The notes under the pieces were generated by a model, which saw only the letters and a list, made by a program, of their open reading frames with translations, had not been told where the DNA came from and ran no database searches. A DNA stretch of 64,000 bases, taken from contig OX597822.1 of the NCBI GenBank assembly GCA_951406725.2, positions 78,058,001 through 78,122,000 of the forward strand. The letters run 5' to 3'. This DNA is from Octopus vulgaris. Taxonomy: Eukaryota. Numbering within the stretch: position 1 is the first letter of the stretch; each line of letters starts with the position of its first letter. Position numbers and translations under genes: made by a program. This document shows positions 45,567 to 58,832 of this stretch, piece by piece.

Positions 45567-45599
<33 letters not shown>

Positions 45600-46248
45600 C
45601 ATATATACATATGTGTACCTATGCATCCCTACACATACACACATATATATATACACATACAAATACAGACCCATTCCCTAATTTTAATTTTATTATCTTC
45701 ATTTATTACTTTTGTTATCTTTGACGACTGGTCACAAACATCTTGGCTATGACAGCCAGTCCATTTGTCTGTCTACTTGAAAACAAGCACTCATTCACTC
45801 ACGCACACTCTTTAGCACGTACACTCACTCATTCGTACACTCATACACATACACGCACGCACGCGTTATATTCATACATACATACATCTACATACATTCA
45901 CGTATATACACATACGTACGCGTACCTACAGATTCATGTCTACACTCTTAGAAGGCTAGTCTATACATATGCACCAATTAATATAAATACACACACATAC
46001 ACAAACACCTACATACAAATACATACATGTATATATATATATATATACATATACACACACATATATTCACATATAACGGTAAGTGACTGAATTCGTATAT
46101 TTGCCACTCCGGTTTTGAGTATGTGAGCCGTAAGGGCCTTCGTTTTTGGATTCTCCACTTATAGAAATTGGAAAAACGGTCTTTGACTGCCATTTCTAAT
46201 TCTTTCGGTATGAGGTGAAACAGCCTGCTGTTAACCTTATTTTTTCTT

Positions 46249-46285
<37 letters not shown>

Positions 46286-46729
46286 CATATATATACATAT
46301 ACATATATATACATACACACACATACACATACATACATACATATACAAATATACGCACACACATACATACAAACTCATATACACATACACGCATATACAC
46401 ATGTACATGCGTACCCATACACACACACACACACGCGCATCCATATATACACATAAGTACACACATGCGTAAAAGTATACATATATCTATGCTTACACAT
46501 ACACACACACACACGCGCCTCCTTATATTCATACTTACATGCTTACTCAAAAAATAAGTAAATAGTAAAATATATATACACGCAGTTATTCATACATGCA
46601 TACTCAAAAAATAAATAATAAATAATAAATAATAAATATTAAGTATGTGTACGTGCAGTTACCTATTATATAGACGGATACATACATATAGACTTACACA
46701 CATATATATATATATATATATACACACAT

Positions 46730-46776
<47 letters not shown>

Positions 46777-47793
46777 CATACACATACACACACACACACA
46801 TATATATACACACACACACATACACACATATATATATACATATATACATACTTACACACATGTACAAATACATACACACATAGAATACTCTACGTACCTA
46901 CATATACATAAACACACGAGCGTACACGTATATGTACAAATACACATACACATACACACACATATATATACACATACATATATACGCATACACACATATA
47001 TACACACACACACATACACACATATACATATACATAAACATATATATATGTATATATATACATATATATATATACACACATACACACACCTATACATGTG
47101 TGCAAACATACATACATACTCATACACGCACACACACTTACATATACATAAATACACACATTTACACACATGTATACATACACATATACATACATACATA
47201 CATACATATATGCATACATACACATATTCACACATACACATATATACATATATACACATACATATACATTTACACATACATACATATATATACATACATA
47301 CATACACACACATATACACACATACACATACACACACATATATGCATATACATACACATATATACCCACACGTACACATATACACATATATACATATATA
47401 CATACATATACCCACATACACACACACATATATATATACATACATACACATACACATACCTATACATATATATACACACATATATATACACATGCACATA
47501 CTTAAATCTCTACATACCCGCATATACATACATATACATACATATATATATATATATATATACACACACATACATATACCTATATACATGTATATATACA
47601 CACACATATATACACACATCTACAATTTGTATCTACACTCACATACATGCACATACACATAACTCTACATACCTGCATATACATCGACATACTCGCGTAC
47701 ACTCATATATATACACACACATACACATACACACACACATACATATACATATACATATATATATATACATAAATATATACATAATACACATAT

Positions 47794-47848
<55 letters not shown>

Positions 47849-47865
47849 TACATATATATATATAA
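45210..47865. repeat. Compound degenerate (CA/TA/TACA) microsatellite tract
   Basis: Directly visible; source of the spurious HTYI/VCVC ORFs. Confidence 0.95.
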
Positions 47866-48345
47866 CGAGCCCGCAATCTGCGTGACCTCCTGGTCCACAG
47901 CACCCTCTCTCCTTCCCCCTCAGCCCCACACGGATCATTCCCTTGCTCTAGATCCCGCTGCAACACTTGCCCCTTCATCACCAACACCACCGCTGTCACC
48001 GGCTCCAACCTGCATACTGTACGCATTAGGCACTCTTTTACGTGCACCTCGTCTGGCCTTATTTACTGCATTAAATGCAACCTATGCGGGATGCTGTATG
48101 TAGGTCAGACGGGACGCCGGTTGTCCGACCGTTTCACTGAACACTTGAGGGACGTTCGCCTACACTCTTTTTCTCCCGTCGCACGCCACTTCCGCTCGGC
48201 CGGCCATTCCCGAGATGACATCTCAGTGTTTGGTCTCGCCCCCCACAATGGTCGCCCACTTTCCAGGCTCCACTTGGAGCAACGCTACATCTTCACCCTA
48301 CAAACTACCACCCCACACGGACTTAACACAGCCCCTCCTCTTGAG
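47866..48345 (+). CDS. Penelope-like element (Neptune-type) Cys-rich linker and GIY-YIG endonuclease, 5'-truncated
   Basis: In-frame RARNLRDLLVHS..PCSRSRCNTCPFI..FTCTSSGLIYCIKCNLCGMLYVGQTGRRLSDRFTEH..VARHF..EQRYIFTLQTTTPHGLN. Confidence 0.9.
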
Positions 48346-48359
48346 ATCGGTTTTTTTTT

Positions 48360-51165
48360 CGGACACACCACCCACACCCACCCACCCACCTACCTCCCAC
48401 CCACCTACCTCCCACCCACCTACCTCCCACCCACCTACCTCCCACACGCCTGTTCACACACACACATACGTAGACCCATCTACGTACATACATTCACACA
48501 TTTAATCACACACACTTACAGACACACATGCACATACACACACACATACATACATACACACACGCATACATACTTACACACACACACACACACACACAGA
48601 CATACATACACATATACACACACACATACATACGCACATACATACACACACACTCACACACACACACCGCACGTACATACTTCACACACACACACATGCA
48701 CACATACATGTAGGCACATACATACATACATACCCACACATGCACACCCGTACACTGAATGCACACACACATACACCTTTTTGCATCCAGGCAGCCCCCC
48801 TCTTTTCTGCTTCCGGTTTTGGCTGATGGATCCTCGGTTCCCGCGTAGCGGGGTGTTCGCGGGCCTTTGCGCTCGCGCGCCTTGGCGCGCGCTGGGGGCT
48901 CGGTCGGCCCCTTTGGGCTTGCGTTGTACTGCTTGTGCGCTGTGTGCGTGAGCGCGCTTCGTGTGTGTGGGCTTGCTTCGGATGTGCGCATGCGTATGTT
49001 TGCATACATACCCACACACTCGCATGCATCCCTACCCACATACATACACGCACACCTACTCACACACACACATACACACACACACATACCCGCACACACA
49101 CACACATACATACATACACACACATACCCACTTCAGACATACACACACACAGACATACACCCATACACCCACACTCACACGCATACACACACACACATAC
49201 ACACGCACACGTACACATACACACACACACACCTACATACATACATTACACTTGTATACACACACACTTACATTCATTCATACACACACACACCTACACA
49301 GCCACACTCACTCAGACACACACATCTACCTACACACACACACAAACACACACTGACACACACCCATACATACATACATCTACACACTCACGCCTACACA
49401 CATACATACACACATACATAAACACACACACATACATACATACATCTACACACTCACGCCTACACACATACATACACACACACACATACATACATACATA
49501 TACCCATATACATACACACACACACACACATACGCACACACGCATATACTTATACACATGCACACACACACACATACATACATACACCCATATACATACA
49601 CACACACATACCTACATACTCCTATACGCACATACATACACACAGACATACACACATACACACTCACACAAACATACACACACACATACTTACACACACA
49701 CTCACCTGCACGCGCACACACATGCATGACAAACACCCATACACTCACACTCACATACGCACACACCAACATAAACACGCACACGCACACACACACCTAC
49801 ACTCCCACACACATACACACGCACCTACATACACACACGCACGCATACACACGCATACACACATACATTACACACGTACACACACACCTACATACACATG
49901 CATACACACACACACACAAACATGCACGGACACACCCAGACATACATACATACACCTATATACACACGCCCACACACCTACATACACACACATATACACA
50001 CGCCCACACAGCTACATACACACACATACATACACACATACACGGACACACCCATACCTACTTACATACATACACCTATACACACACGCCTACACACCTA
50101 CACACACACATGCATACACACACACATGTACGCACATACACACACATATACGCACACACATATATACCCACACACATGCACACACACACACATACGCACA
50201 TACATGCACGCATGCACACGCGCACACCTACACGCATACACACACACACACGCACGTACACATACATACATACACACACGCATACATACACCCATACACA
50301 TACATGCATCCTACACACACATACATACACACTCACACATACATACACACACACGCACTCACTCACACACCTGTATGTTCGCGCACACACATGCACATAC
50401 ACACACTTCCCCACACCCACACGTACATACATACACACTCATACACATACACACACACACACACACACGGACATACATCTATGCACATACATATATACAC
50501 ACATATTCACATACATTCATCGGACACACTGCCACCCAGACATACACACAGACACACTCACACATCCACACACACACATACGTACGCGCTCACTCGCAGG
50601 CGCGCGCACACACGCGCTTGCGCCGGTTCGCGCACGCATGCGCGTCGCATGCACCTCGCCCTTGGACCCGACGAGACCTCCCGCCCGTTCCTGGGATGTC
50701 GCTTGTCGTTGGGCTTTCCCCCGCCCGTCTCCGCGGGACCACTCTTCCATCTTCCCCTCCGCTGGAGTCCTTTTCCTTAACCCCCCCCCCTTTTTTCGTT
50801 ACACACACGCGCACACATATACACACATTGCTTAAACATATACATTACTCTTACACACATTCAATCTACTCGCCACTAATACTACCACGACACTGGACAC
50901 ACACACACACTACTACTCAACACACGCTGGCACGCTACATACGCCCCCACCCCTTCCCCTCCCTCCCTTCCTCCTTCCTCCCTTGTCTTACTACTGACCT
51001 TTGTCTGCTATGCTGCTGCTATGCTGACCACCGTCTCGCCCTACCTCACACGCCTACACACAGACGCACACACTAACACATACATATATTTTTTGTTTTT
51101 TTATCTCGCCTCACACACACACATACACACACGCACACGCACACACTCACACATACACACACATC
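48360..51165. repeat. Cryptic CA-rich low-complexity tract with GC-rich islands, between the PLE ORF and its pLTR
   Basis: Directly visible; islands at about 48780-48990 and 50580-50800. Confidence 0.9.
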
Positions 51166-51334
51166 TGTTGCGTTACCAACCTTGTCTCCACTCTTTTGCC
51201 TTTAAAAACCCACTTTGCTCTTGTTATCGTAAACATCCGCCTTTCACCATGTGTAACTCCTAACACCAGTCGTTTTTTTCTCTATCTCCGTTGCCCGCTC
51301 CGGGATCTTTCTTTCCTCTCTCTTCCTTCTTTAT

Positions 51335-51369
51335 GTTTCCGACGAAGAGCTCCGCTCGAAACGTCATAC
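51335..51369 (+). ncRNA. Minimal hammerhead ribozyme in the Neptune PLE pLTR
   Basis: gttt CCGACGA a-gagc-tcc-gctc GAAAC GTC atac. Confidence 0.7.
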
Positions 51370-51455
51370 CTCCCTGCTTCCATTTCCTGAGCGCCTATTA
51401 ATAATAATACTGTAACTGTTCCATTGTTGTTGTTTTTTTGTTTCCCGTTTGGATT

Positions 51456-51503
<48 letters not shown>

Positions 51504-52089
51504 ACATATACATACATGTACATATACACATACACATACATATATACACACATACATATATCAACAATTGAGGGTAAAGTTAATTAGTTATTAATCAATT
51601 TCACCAAGTATTCAGTATGTAAAAGGACCATTATTTTTTTGAGTAAACAATGTCTGAGAGAAAATATTCTCTAAGTAGTGGAAGAGGCTAAAAAACTTTT
51701 TGGGCTGCTTTTTCTAGAAAGTTCAGTATGTGGCAAAGTAATTTATTTTACTAAGCCCTAATTATATAATATTTTATACATACATACACATACATACACA
51801 CATACATATACACATACACATGCATACACACATATATACATATATACATATATATACACACACACACACACACACGCACATACATATATATATATATATA
51901 TTTTTTTTTTTTTACATACATACACACACGCACACACATAATACATGCGTATATTCCTACTATACCCATACATTTCTATACATATATACGATACACATAT
52001 ACAAGCGTGCACATACAATATGTGAAAGGTCTTAGGAGAAAAGGTAATCGGGGGTGCTAGGGGAACGGTGGGATTGGGGGGTTTTGAGG

Positions 52090-53176
52090 GTGGGGTGTCA
52101 TCAATCTGGTTGCCGGGTAGGTCTATAGTTCTTGTAGTTCGCATACTTCTTATGCATGCAATTTGGGAGTGTTCTGAGAATTTGTTAAGGAGAGGGCCTT
52201 TGGCGAACAAGATCTCTAGGCTCTCCGATATGCAGAGGTCACAGCAGGTATGGCCTCCTGTGTACGAGCGCGCCTTCTGTAGTAGTTTCCACTTGGTCTT
52301 GAAGGGGATGGAATTCCTTTTAAGGTACCAGATGTGGGCGGCGAGGGTAGTTTGGTTGGATTTATCCTGTCGCCGGAACGAGTGTGTGTGTGCGTACCAA
52401 CGGGTCTTAAAGCTGTTTGACGTCATTCCGATGTAGGATTTTCTTTTATCATCAGGGTCTGATCTTACCTCGCATGTGTATACTAGGTCCCTCTGTAGGC
52501 AGTTGTTGTTGAGGGGGCAGGTGGTTTTATCAGGGCAGTTGCAATTGCTATCGGACGTTGGATGGGCCTCGGAAAAAGTAGATATGTTAAGTTTTTTCAC
52601 ATTGTTGTTGGCTAGGTTCCTGGCTAGATTGGGCGTGGTAGAGTAGGAGAGTCTAATAGTGTTCTTATTTAGGATAGTGTAGTACTTATGTTGGGTGGGG
52701 AAGTGTTTCTGTAGGAGAGTGAAGAAGATTTTAGCTACAGGTGTAGCGACCTCACGGTTGAAGTGGGGGGAGTTGTACCAGCTAATGTGTCTTCGTCTAT
52801 TTTTCCTGGGTTGGCGTGGGGCTATACTAGTATAGGTAATCTTATCTTTAAAGCCACTTCGGGCCAGGGCCTCGTTGTAATAGGGGGCTGCGGCCTTAAA
52901 GATATCTTCCGTGGCGGACAGGCTAGAAATTCTAATTGAGACACTTTTTACTAGGTTATCTAATATATTTTTGGGGTGGTTGGAATTAATATCTATATAT
53001 CTAAGGGATTCATTTGGTTTGTGGTACGGGTAATAAAGTGAGGTTTTTAAGTCGAGGGTGACATCAAGGAAGTTAGCTTTTGTTAAGTTGGATTCTAGGG
53101 TAATCCTAAGGCCTAAGTTTTTAAAGAAGGTGTAAAGATTTTTCCGGAACCCATCCGTGGTCCTGGGGTTTATTTG
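52090..53176 (-). CDS. Penelope-like element (Naiad-type) RT C-terminus and GIY-YIG endonuclease, 5'-truncated
   Basis: Open frame NFLDVTLDL..YHKPN..SNHP..LARSGF..RRHISWYNSP..SYSTTPNL..CNCPDKTTCPLNNNCL..LVY..YIGMTSNSFKTRWYAH..CDLCISE..LLNK; frameshift near 52170 before CMH. Confidence 0.9.
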
Positions 53177-53288
53177 GTCGGCCCGAGGCTATAGTAGAAG
53201 ACACTTGCCCAAGGTGCCACGCAGTGGGACTGAACTCGGAACCATCTGGTTGGTAAACAAGCTACTTACCACACAGCCACTCCTGCGT

Positions 53289-53330
<42 letters not shown>

Positions 53331-53856
53331 GAGACATACATGCACGCATACACATGTGTACGCCGACGTAAATGCATTATATATGTACAGCACTCTCTTG
53401 TCGATCAGCTGCTGCCCAGCAGATGCGAATACCTGCTGTAAAGATAAAGAAGAAAAACTCTACCACGGTGAGTTTTTGGGAAACCTGCTGGCTCTTACAC
53501 TGACTAAATGTGCATATTTTTAGCCCATCATTGTATATGCGTTGAATTATGTAAGAGAATGCAGAAACCTAGAAGTAATTGGTTCATCTATGTCTTAAAA
53601 ATGGAAAATATGAAATACTAAGGTGCTTGAAAGCACATTACATACGTTTTAAACGGGCGCGTGTGGTGTGTGCATGTGTGTGTACGTGTGTGTGTGTGTG
53701 TGTGTGTGTAGGATGTTACTAACTAAATACTTGCAGAAAACAGAACAATGAGAAAAGGACTCGATGCAGAGGAGAAGAGTATTACAGTAAAATTACCTTC
53801 AAATATGAAAGTCACAAATTACGAAGCTTCAGGGGAATCTGTACACACGCACGCAC

Positions 53857-53891
<35 letters not shown>

Positions 53892-54121
53892 CACACAAAC
53901 TCACGGATACATGCATACATACTTAATGGGGTCGATTTGCTCGACTATAGGCAGTGCTCCAGCATGGCCGCAGTCAAATAACTGAAGCAAGTAAAAGAAT
54001 AAAAGAATATATATACATATACATACATACATATATGTATACATATATATATATGGCGGTGCCTCAGCATGGCCACAGCTCATGAGCTGAAACTGGAAAA
54101 ATCAAAATCAAATCGAAAAAT

Positions 54122-54169
<48 letters not shown>

Positions 54170-54209
54170 AAAAAAGGGAGATGTGGAACACGAGTTGTGA
54201 TATATAAAA

Positions 54210-54529
54210 AAAGGAAATGAAGAAAAGGCTGACAAAATAATTTAAGTAAGGGAGAGTGTATTTAATTAGGTGAAAGTTCTTTTTACCGGTTGCGCATTTG
54301 TTATGCTTATCAAAAGATATTTTTTAAAGAGAGATAGAGTTCCTTTCTGATAGATTTTTTTCTTATCTTATCAGATAAGAGAAAAAAATCTATCAGAAAG
54401 GAACTCAATCTCTCTTAAAAAAATATTTTTTGATAAGCATAACAAATGCGCAACCGGTAAAAAGAACTTTCACCTAATTAAATACACTCTCCCTTACTTA
54501 AATTGTTTTGTCAGCATTTTCTTCATTTC

Positions 54530-54533
<4 letters not shown>
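54210..54533. repeat. Near-perfect ~160-bp-arm palindrome containing two variant hammerhead motifs
   Basis: Arms at 54210-54368 and 54374-54533; flanked by (TA)n. Confidence 0.95.
54426..54463 (+). ncRNA. Variant hammerhead (U3-A8, C13); mirror copy at 54280-54317 on the minus strand
   Basis: tttt TTGATAA gcat-aacaa-atgc GCAA CCG GTA aaaa. Confidence 0.55.
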
Positions 54534-54569
<36 letters not shown>

Positions 54570-54571
<2 letters not shown>

Positions 54572-54974
54572 CTCTTTTACTCTTTACTCTTTTACTTCTT
54601 TCAGTCATTTGACTGCGGCCATGCTTGAGCACCGCCTTTAATCGAGCAACTCGACCCCGGGACTTATTCTTTGTAAGCCCAGTACTTATTCTATCGGTCT
54701 CTTTTGCCGAACCGCTAATGACGGGGACATAATCACACCAGCATCGGTTGTCAAGCAATGCTAGGGGGACAAACACAAACATACACGCACACATATATAT
54801 ATACATATATACGACGGGCTTCTTTCAGTTTCCGTCTACCAAATCCACTCACAAGGCTTTGGTCGGCCCGAGGCTATAGTAGAAGACACTTGCCTAAGGT
54901 GCCACGCAGTGGGACTGAACCCGGAACCATCTGGTTGGTAAACAAGCTACTTACCACACAGCCACTCCTGCGCC
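54570..54974 (-). mobile_element. SINE family A, young full-length copy
   Basis: Near-identical to 56382-56807. Confidence 0.9.
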
Positions 54975-55196
54975 TTATATTTACGTTTGTGTATTCGCTT
55001 TGTAAGATTCTTGATATGAACTCGTGTGTTGAAACAGATATTGTTGTATTTGGGGATGGTCATGTTGCCAATTTAGCCAATGGAAACACAAGCACTATTG
55101 AGTTGGTGTTCACTAGCTTCAGCTTCATTTCATATTAATTGTATTTCGCCAGATCGATTGGAAGGAGAGGCACAAAAAAGAAAGAAGAAAGCAAAG

Positions 55197-55240
55197 GACC
55201 ACCGATGAGGTCACAGAAGTGTGACGAAAGAACTCTGGCC
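55197..55240 (+). ncRNA. Minimal type I hammerhead ribozyme
   Basis: gacca CCGATGA g-gtcac-agaagt-gtgac GAAA g-aa-c TC tggcc. Confidence 0.7.
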
Positions 55241-55347
55241 GAAATACAATTAATATGAAATAAACCTGAAGCAAGTGAACACCGAATATATTGTGCGTGT
55301 GTTTTCATTGGCTAAAGTAGCAACATGACCATCTCCAAATACAACAA

Positions 55348-55380
<33 letters not shown>

Positions 55381-55542
55381 GTAAAAAGTAAAAAATATAT
55401 ACAAACTGGGACTAGAACGTGAAACACCTAGAAGACGACACAAGAACCACAGGACGGGACATTCGAAGCCCTCAGTCATCAGTCAAGAACCGGATCATCT
55501 TCGCAATTTCGGCTGATTAATCTTGGTATATATATATGTATG

Positions 55543-55574
<32 letters not shown>

Positions 55575-55637
55575 TATATTACGTTTATAAACTGGCAAAA
55601 TGCCCATTCCTAAATACAACAATATATATATATGATG

Positions 55638-55701
<64 letters not shown>

Positions 55702-55789
55702 TAATAATAACTTTCAAGTTTCTGTGTTTGTGAATTTGTTACTTTAACTCCTCCGAGACTATCCAACAGACCTTGATGAAACATGACAC

Positions 55790-56368
55790 TTGTGGGGCGC
55801 TTATGCCCATGCGGTCACTTACGCACAAGGAAATGTTTTTAAATCGATTTTTAATCAGCATCGATTTTTTCAAAAATCGTAAAATTTCGGCATTTTTCGC
55901 ACTAGCCATCGTGACATCAATTTAACGAAAAATGCCGAAATTTGATAAAGAAATGTTTCACGTGTATTAACAGACGGCTTATTAACGGTAATCTATTTAG
56001 CTGATTCCTCATTCCAATGCGAATTGTTTTATTTGCTAACGTTTATTATACAATTCATTGTTTTAATTTCCCAGTGTCTCAGGTCTTGATTAGGCAAGAG
56101 CATTTTATTTCTCAAGCAAAATTTAGGCATTTTTCACACGAGCCATCGTGACATCAATTTGACGAAATCTGCCCCGAAGCATAAAATTTCGGCATTTTAC
56201 ACATATGCACAAAAATGACGACGACACGGGTTCGCTACAATACTCGGCTCATTTTTTTCAGCAAATTCGTCCTACCCATTAATATAGATTTTAAATTTTT
56301 GAAAAATGTTTCATGGCTATAAACAGATATCTTATTAGCGGTAAATTTTTACCGGGCACCTCAGCTGG
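55790..56368 (+). mobile_element. Possible non-autonomous Helitron 3' portion
   Basis: Internal ~50-bp repeats (55878, 56118); terminal hairpin cggtaaa-tt-tttaccg followed by ggcacctcagCTGG-T. Confidence 0.5.
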
Positions 56369-56381
56369 TATATATATATAT

Positions 56382-56592
56382 ACTCTTTTACTCTTTTATT
56401 TGTTTCAGTCATTTGACTGCGGCCATGCTGGAGCACCGCCTTTAATCGAGCAACTCGACCCCGGGACTTATTCTTTTGTAAGCCCAGTAATTATTCTATC
56501 GGTCTCTTTTGACGAACCGCTAAGTAACGGGGACATAAACACACCAGCATCGGTTGTCAAGCAATGCTAGGGGGACAAACACAGACACACAA

Positions 56593-56643
<51 letters not shown>

Positions 56644-56807
56644 TACGACAGGCTTCTTTCAGTTTCCGTCTACCAAATCCACTCACAAGGCTTTGGTCAG
56701 CCCGAGGCTATAGTAGAAGACACTTGCCCAAGGTGCCACGCAGTGGGACTGAACCCGGAACCATGTGGTTGGTAAACAAGCTACTTACCACACAGCCACT
56801 CCTGCTC
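56382..56807 (-). mobile_element. SINE family A, young full-length copy
   Basis: Complete head to tail. Confidence 0.9.
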
Positions 56808-56981
56808 CTATATATATATATATATATACCAATTAAGGACTGAACACGAAAAGTGGACAGTCAACATGCTAGATATAGACGTCAAATCGTCATTCTCCAC
56901 AAAAGATTATGTTCTCAGATCAAACTCAACACAAAACCATAGCAATAAACAAGTGAAAAATATACGAAATAAAATAATTAC

Positions 56982-57046
56982 CCATGTACTAACTTAGTTT
57001 CAGCTGTTATTTTCCGCAAGGAAAACTGCAGCCATCATCAGCATGG
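56982..57046 (-). ncRNA. Type I hammerhead ribozyme, copy 1
   Basis: ccatg CTGATGA t-ggctg..ttttcc-ttgc-ggaaaa..cagct GAAA cta-agt-tag TA catgg. Confidence 0.85.
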
Positions 57047-57486
57047 TCCGTTATAAATGTAATTTGCTGGACTAAATGCAAACACGATACCGAAATATCG
57101 CGTGCATGGAGTTCAGCCTATTACATTTGAATATATCTTTCAAATGCCTTTACTTTGGCGCGTTGAGACCCGAGAAAACTAGCCTGCAGCTAATAATTAG
57201 CAGCAGTTAATTTATCGGTTAGAGAACATTTATTTATATAAAATTAATTAAGGGTAGAAATTGATATTTATCAATTAAGACCAGTGGTCTAGCATATTAA
57301 AAAAGAATCCGAAGATTAAAATATTTATATATACCAATTAAGGACTGAACACGAAAAGTGGACAGTCAACATGCTAGATATAGACGTCAAATCGTCATTC
57401 TCCACAAAAGATTATGTTCTCAGATCAAACTCAACACAAAACCATAGCAATAAACAAGTGAAAAATATACGAAATAAAATAATTAC

Positions 57487-57551
57487 CCATGTACTAACTT
57501 AGTTTCAGCTGTTATTTTCCGCAAGGAAAACTGCAGCCATCATCAGCATGG
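57487..57551 (-). ncRNA. Type I hammerhead ribozyme, copy 2
   Basis: Identical to copy 1. Confidence 0.85.
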
Positions 57552-57695
57552 TCCGTTATAAATGTAATTTGCTGGACTAAATGCAAACACGAAACCGAAA
57601 TATCGCGTGCATGGACTCCAATAGGCTGAACTCCATGCACGCGATATTTCGGTATCGTGTTTGCATTTAGTCCAGCAAATTACATTTATAACGGA

Positions 57696-57760
57696 CCATG
57701 CTGATGATGGCTGCAGTTTTCCTTGCGGAAAATAACAGCTGAAACTAAGTTAGTACATGG
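57696..57760 (+). ncRNA. Type I hammerhead ribozyme, copy 3
   Basis: Identical; predicted cleavage after 57755. Confidence 0.85.
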
Positions 57761-58199
57761 GTAATTATTTTATTTCGTATATTTTTCACTTGTTTATTGC
57801 TATGGTTTTGTGTTGAGTTTGATCTGAGAACATAATCTTTTGTGGAGAATGACGATTTGACGTCTATATCTAGCATGTTGACTGTCCACTTTTCGTGTTC
57901 AGTCCTTAATTGGTATATATAAATATTTTAATCTTCGGATTCTTTTTAATATGCTAGACCACTGGTCTTAATTGATAAATATCAATTTCTACCCTTAATT
58001 AATTTTATATAAATAAATGTCCTCTAACCGATAAATTAACTGCTGCTAATTATTAGCTGCAGGCTAGTTTTCTCGGGTCTCAACGCGCCAAAGTAAAGGC
58101 ATTTGAAAGATATATTCAAATGTAATAGGCTGAACTCCATGCACGCGATATTTCGGTATCGTGTTTGCATTTAGTCCAGCAAATTACATTTATAACGGA

Positions 58200-58264
58200 C
58201 CATGCTGATGATGGCTGCAGTTTTCCTTGCGGAAAATAACAGCTGAAACTAAGTTAGTACATGG
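58200..58264 (+). ncRNA. Type I hammerhead ribozyme, copy 4
   Basis: Identical; predicted cleavage after 58259. Confidence 0.85.
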
Positions 58265-58501
58265 GTAATTATTTTATTTCGTATATTTTTCACTTGTTTA
58301 TTGCTATGGTTTTGTGTTGAGTTTGATCTGAGAACATAATCTTTGTGGAGAATGACGATTTGACGTCTATATCTAGCATGTTGACTGTCCACTTTTCGTG
58401 TTCAGTCCTTAATTGGTATATATAAATATTTTAATCTTCGGATTCTTTTTTAATATGCTAGACCACTGGTCTTAATTGATAAATATCAATTTCTACCCTT
58501 A

Positions 58502-58559
<58 letters not shown>

Positions 58560-58773
58560 ACATTACTTATGTATTGTCTTCTATATCATTCTGTATGACT
58601 GAAACACATTAATGGGTTTACAATATGGAATGGTGAGGAACTATAACCTCAGACTCTGCCACGAGAATACACAGAGTTCTTTACTAATCTAAACAATATT
58701 GTTAGCCTGGTATAATAACAGAGAGCTTATGAAATATTTTGTCCAGATTAATAACCCCTCACTTTAGCTCTGT

Positions 58774-58832
<59 letters not shown>

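Larger units (their letters stand above)
56826..58511. mobile_element. Tandem and inverted array of a ~505-bp hammerhead-containing unit (retrozyme-like)
   Basis: Period 505 bp (56828 to 57333); inversion centre at about 57617; (TA)n on both flanks; no ORF in the supplied track. Confidence 0.9.

Noticed and set aside
45206-51076. Long ORFs of 250-425 aa rich in H/T/Y/I or V/C/M
   Set aside because: Translations of CA/TA microsatellite that lack stops by composition; only 47866-48345 has real domain motifs
51561-51780. Hammerhead in the Naiad 3' region
   Set aside because: Only CTGAATA/CTGAACT and a GAAA are present, with no consistent helices
52090-53176. Selenocysteine recoding, reported for some Naiad PLEs
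   Set aside because: The conserved Cys positions visible here use TGC/TGT and I saw no in-frame TGA or recognisable SECIS
56826-58511. CRISPR-like array or LTR pair
   Set aside because: Units are 505 bp with no unique spacers, no TG..CA ends or PBS, and the context is eukaryotic
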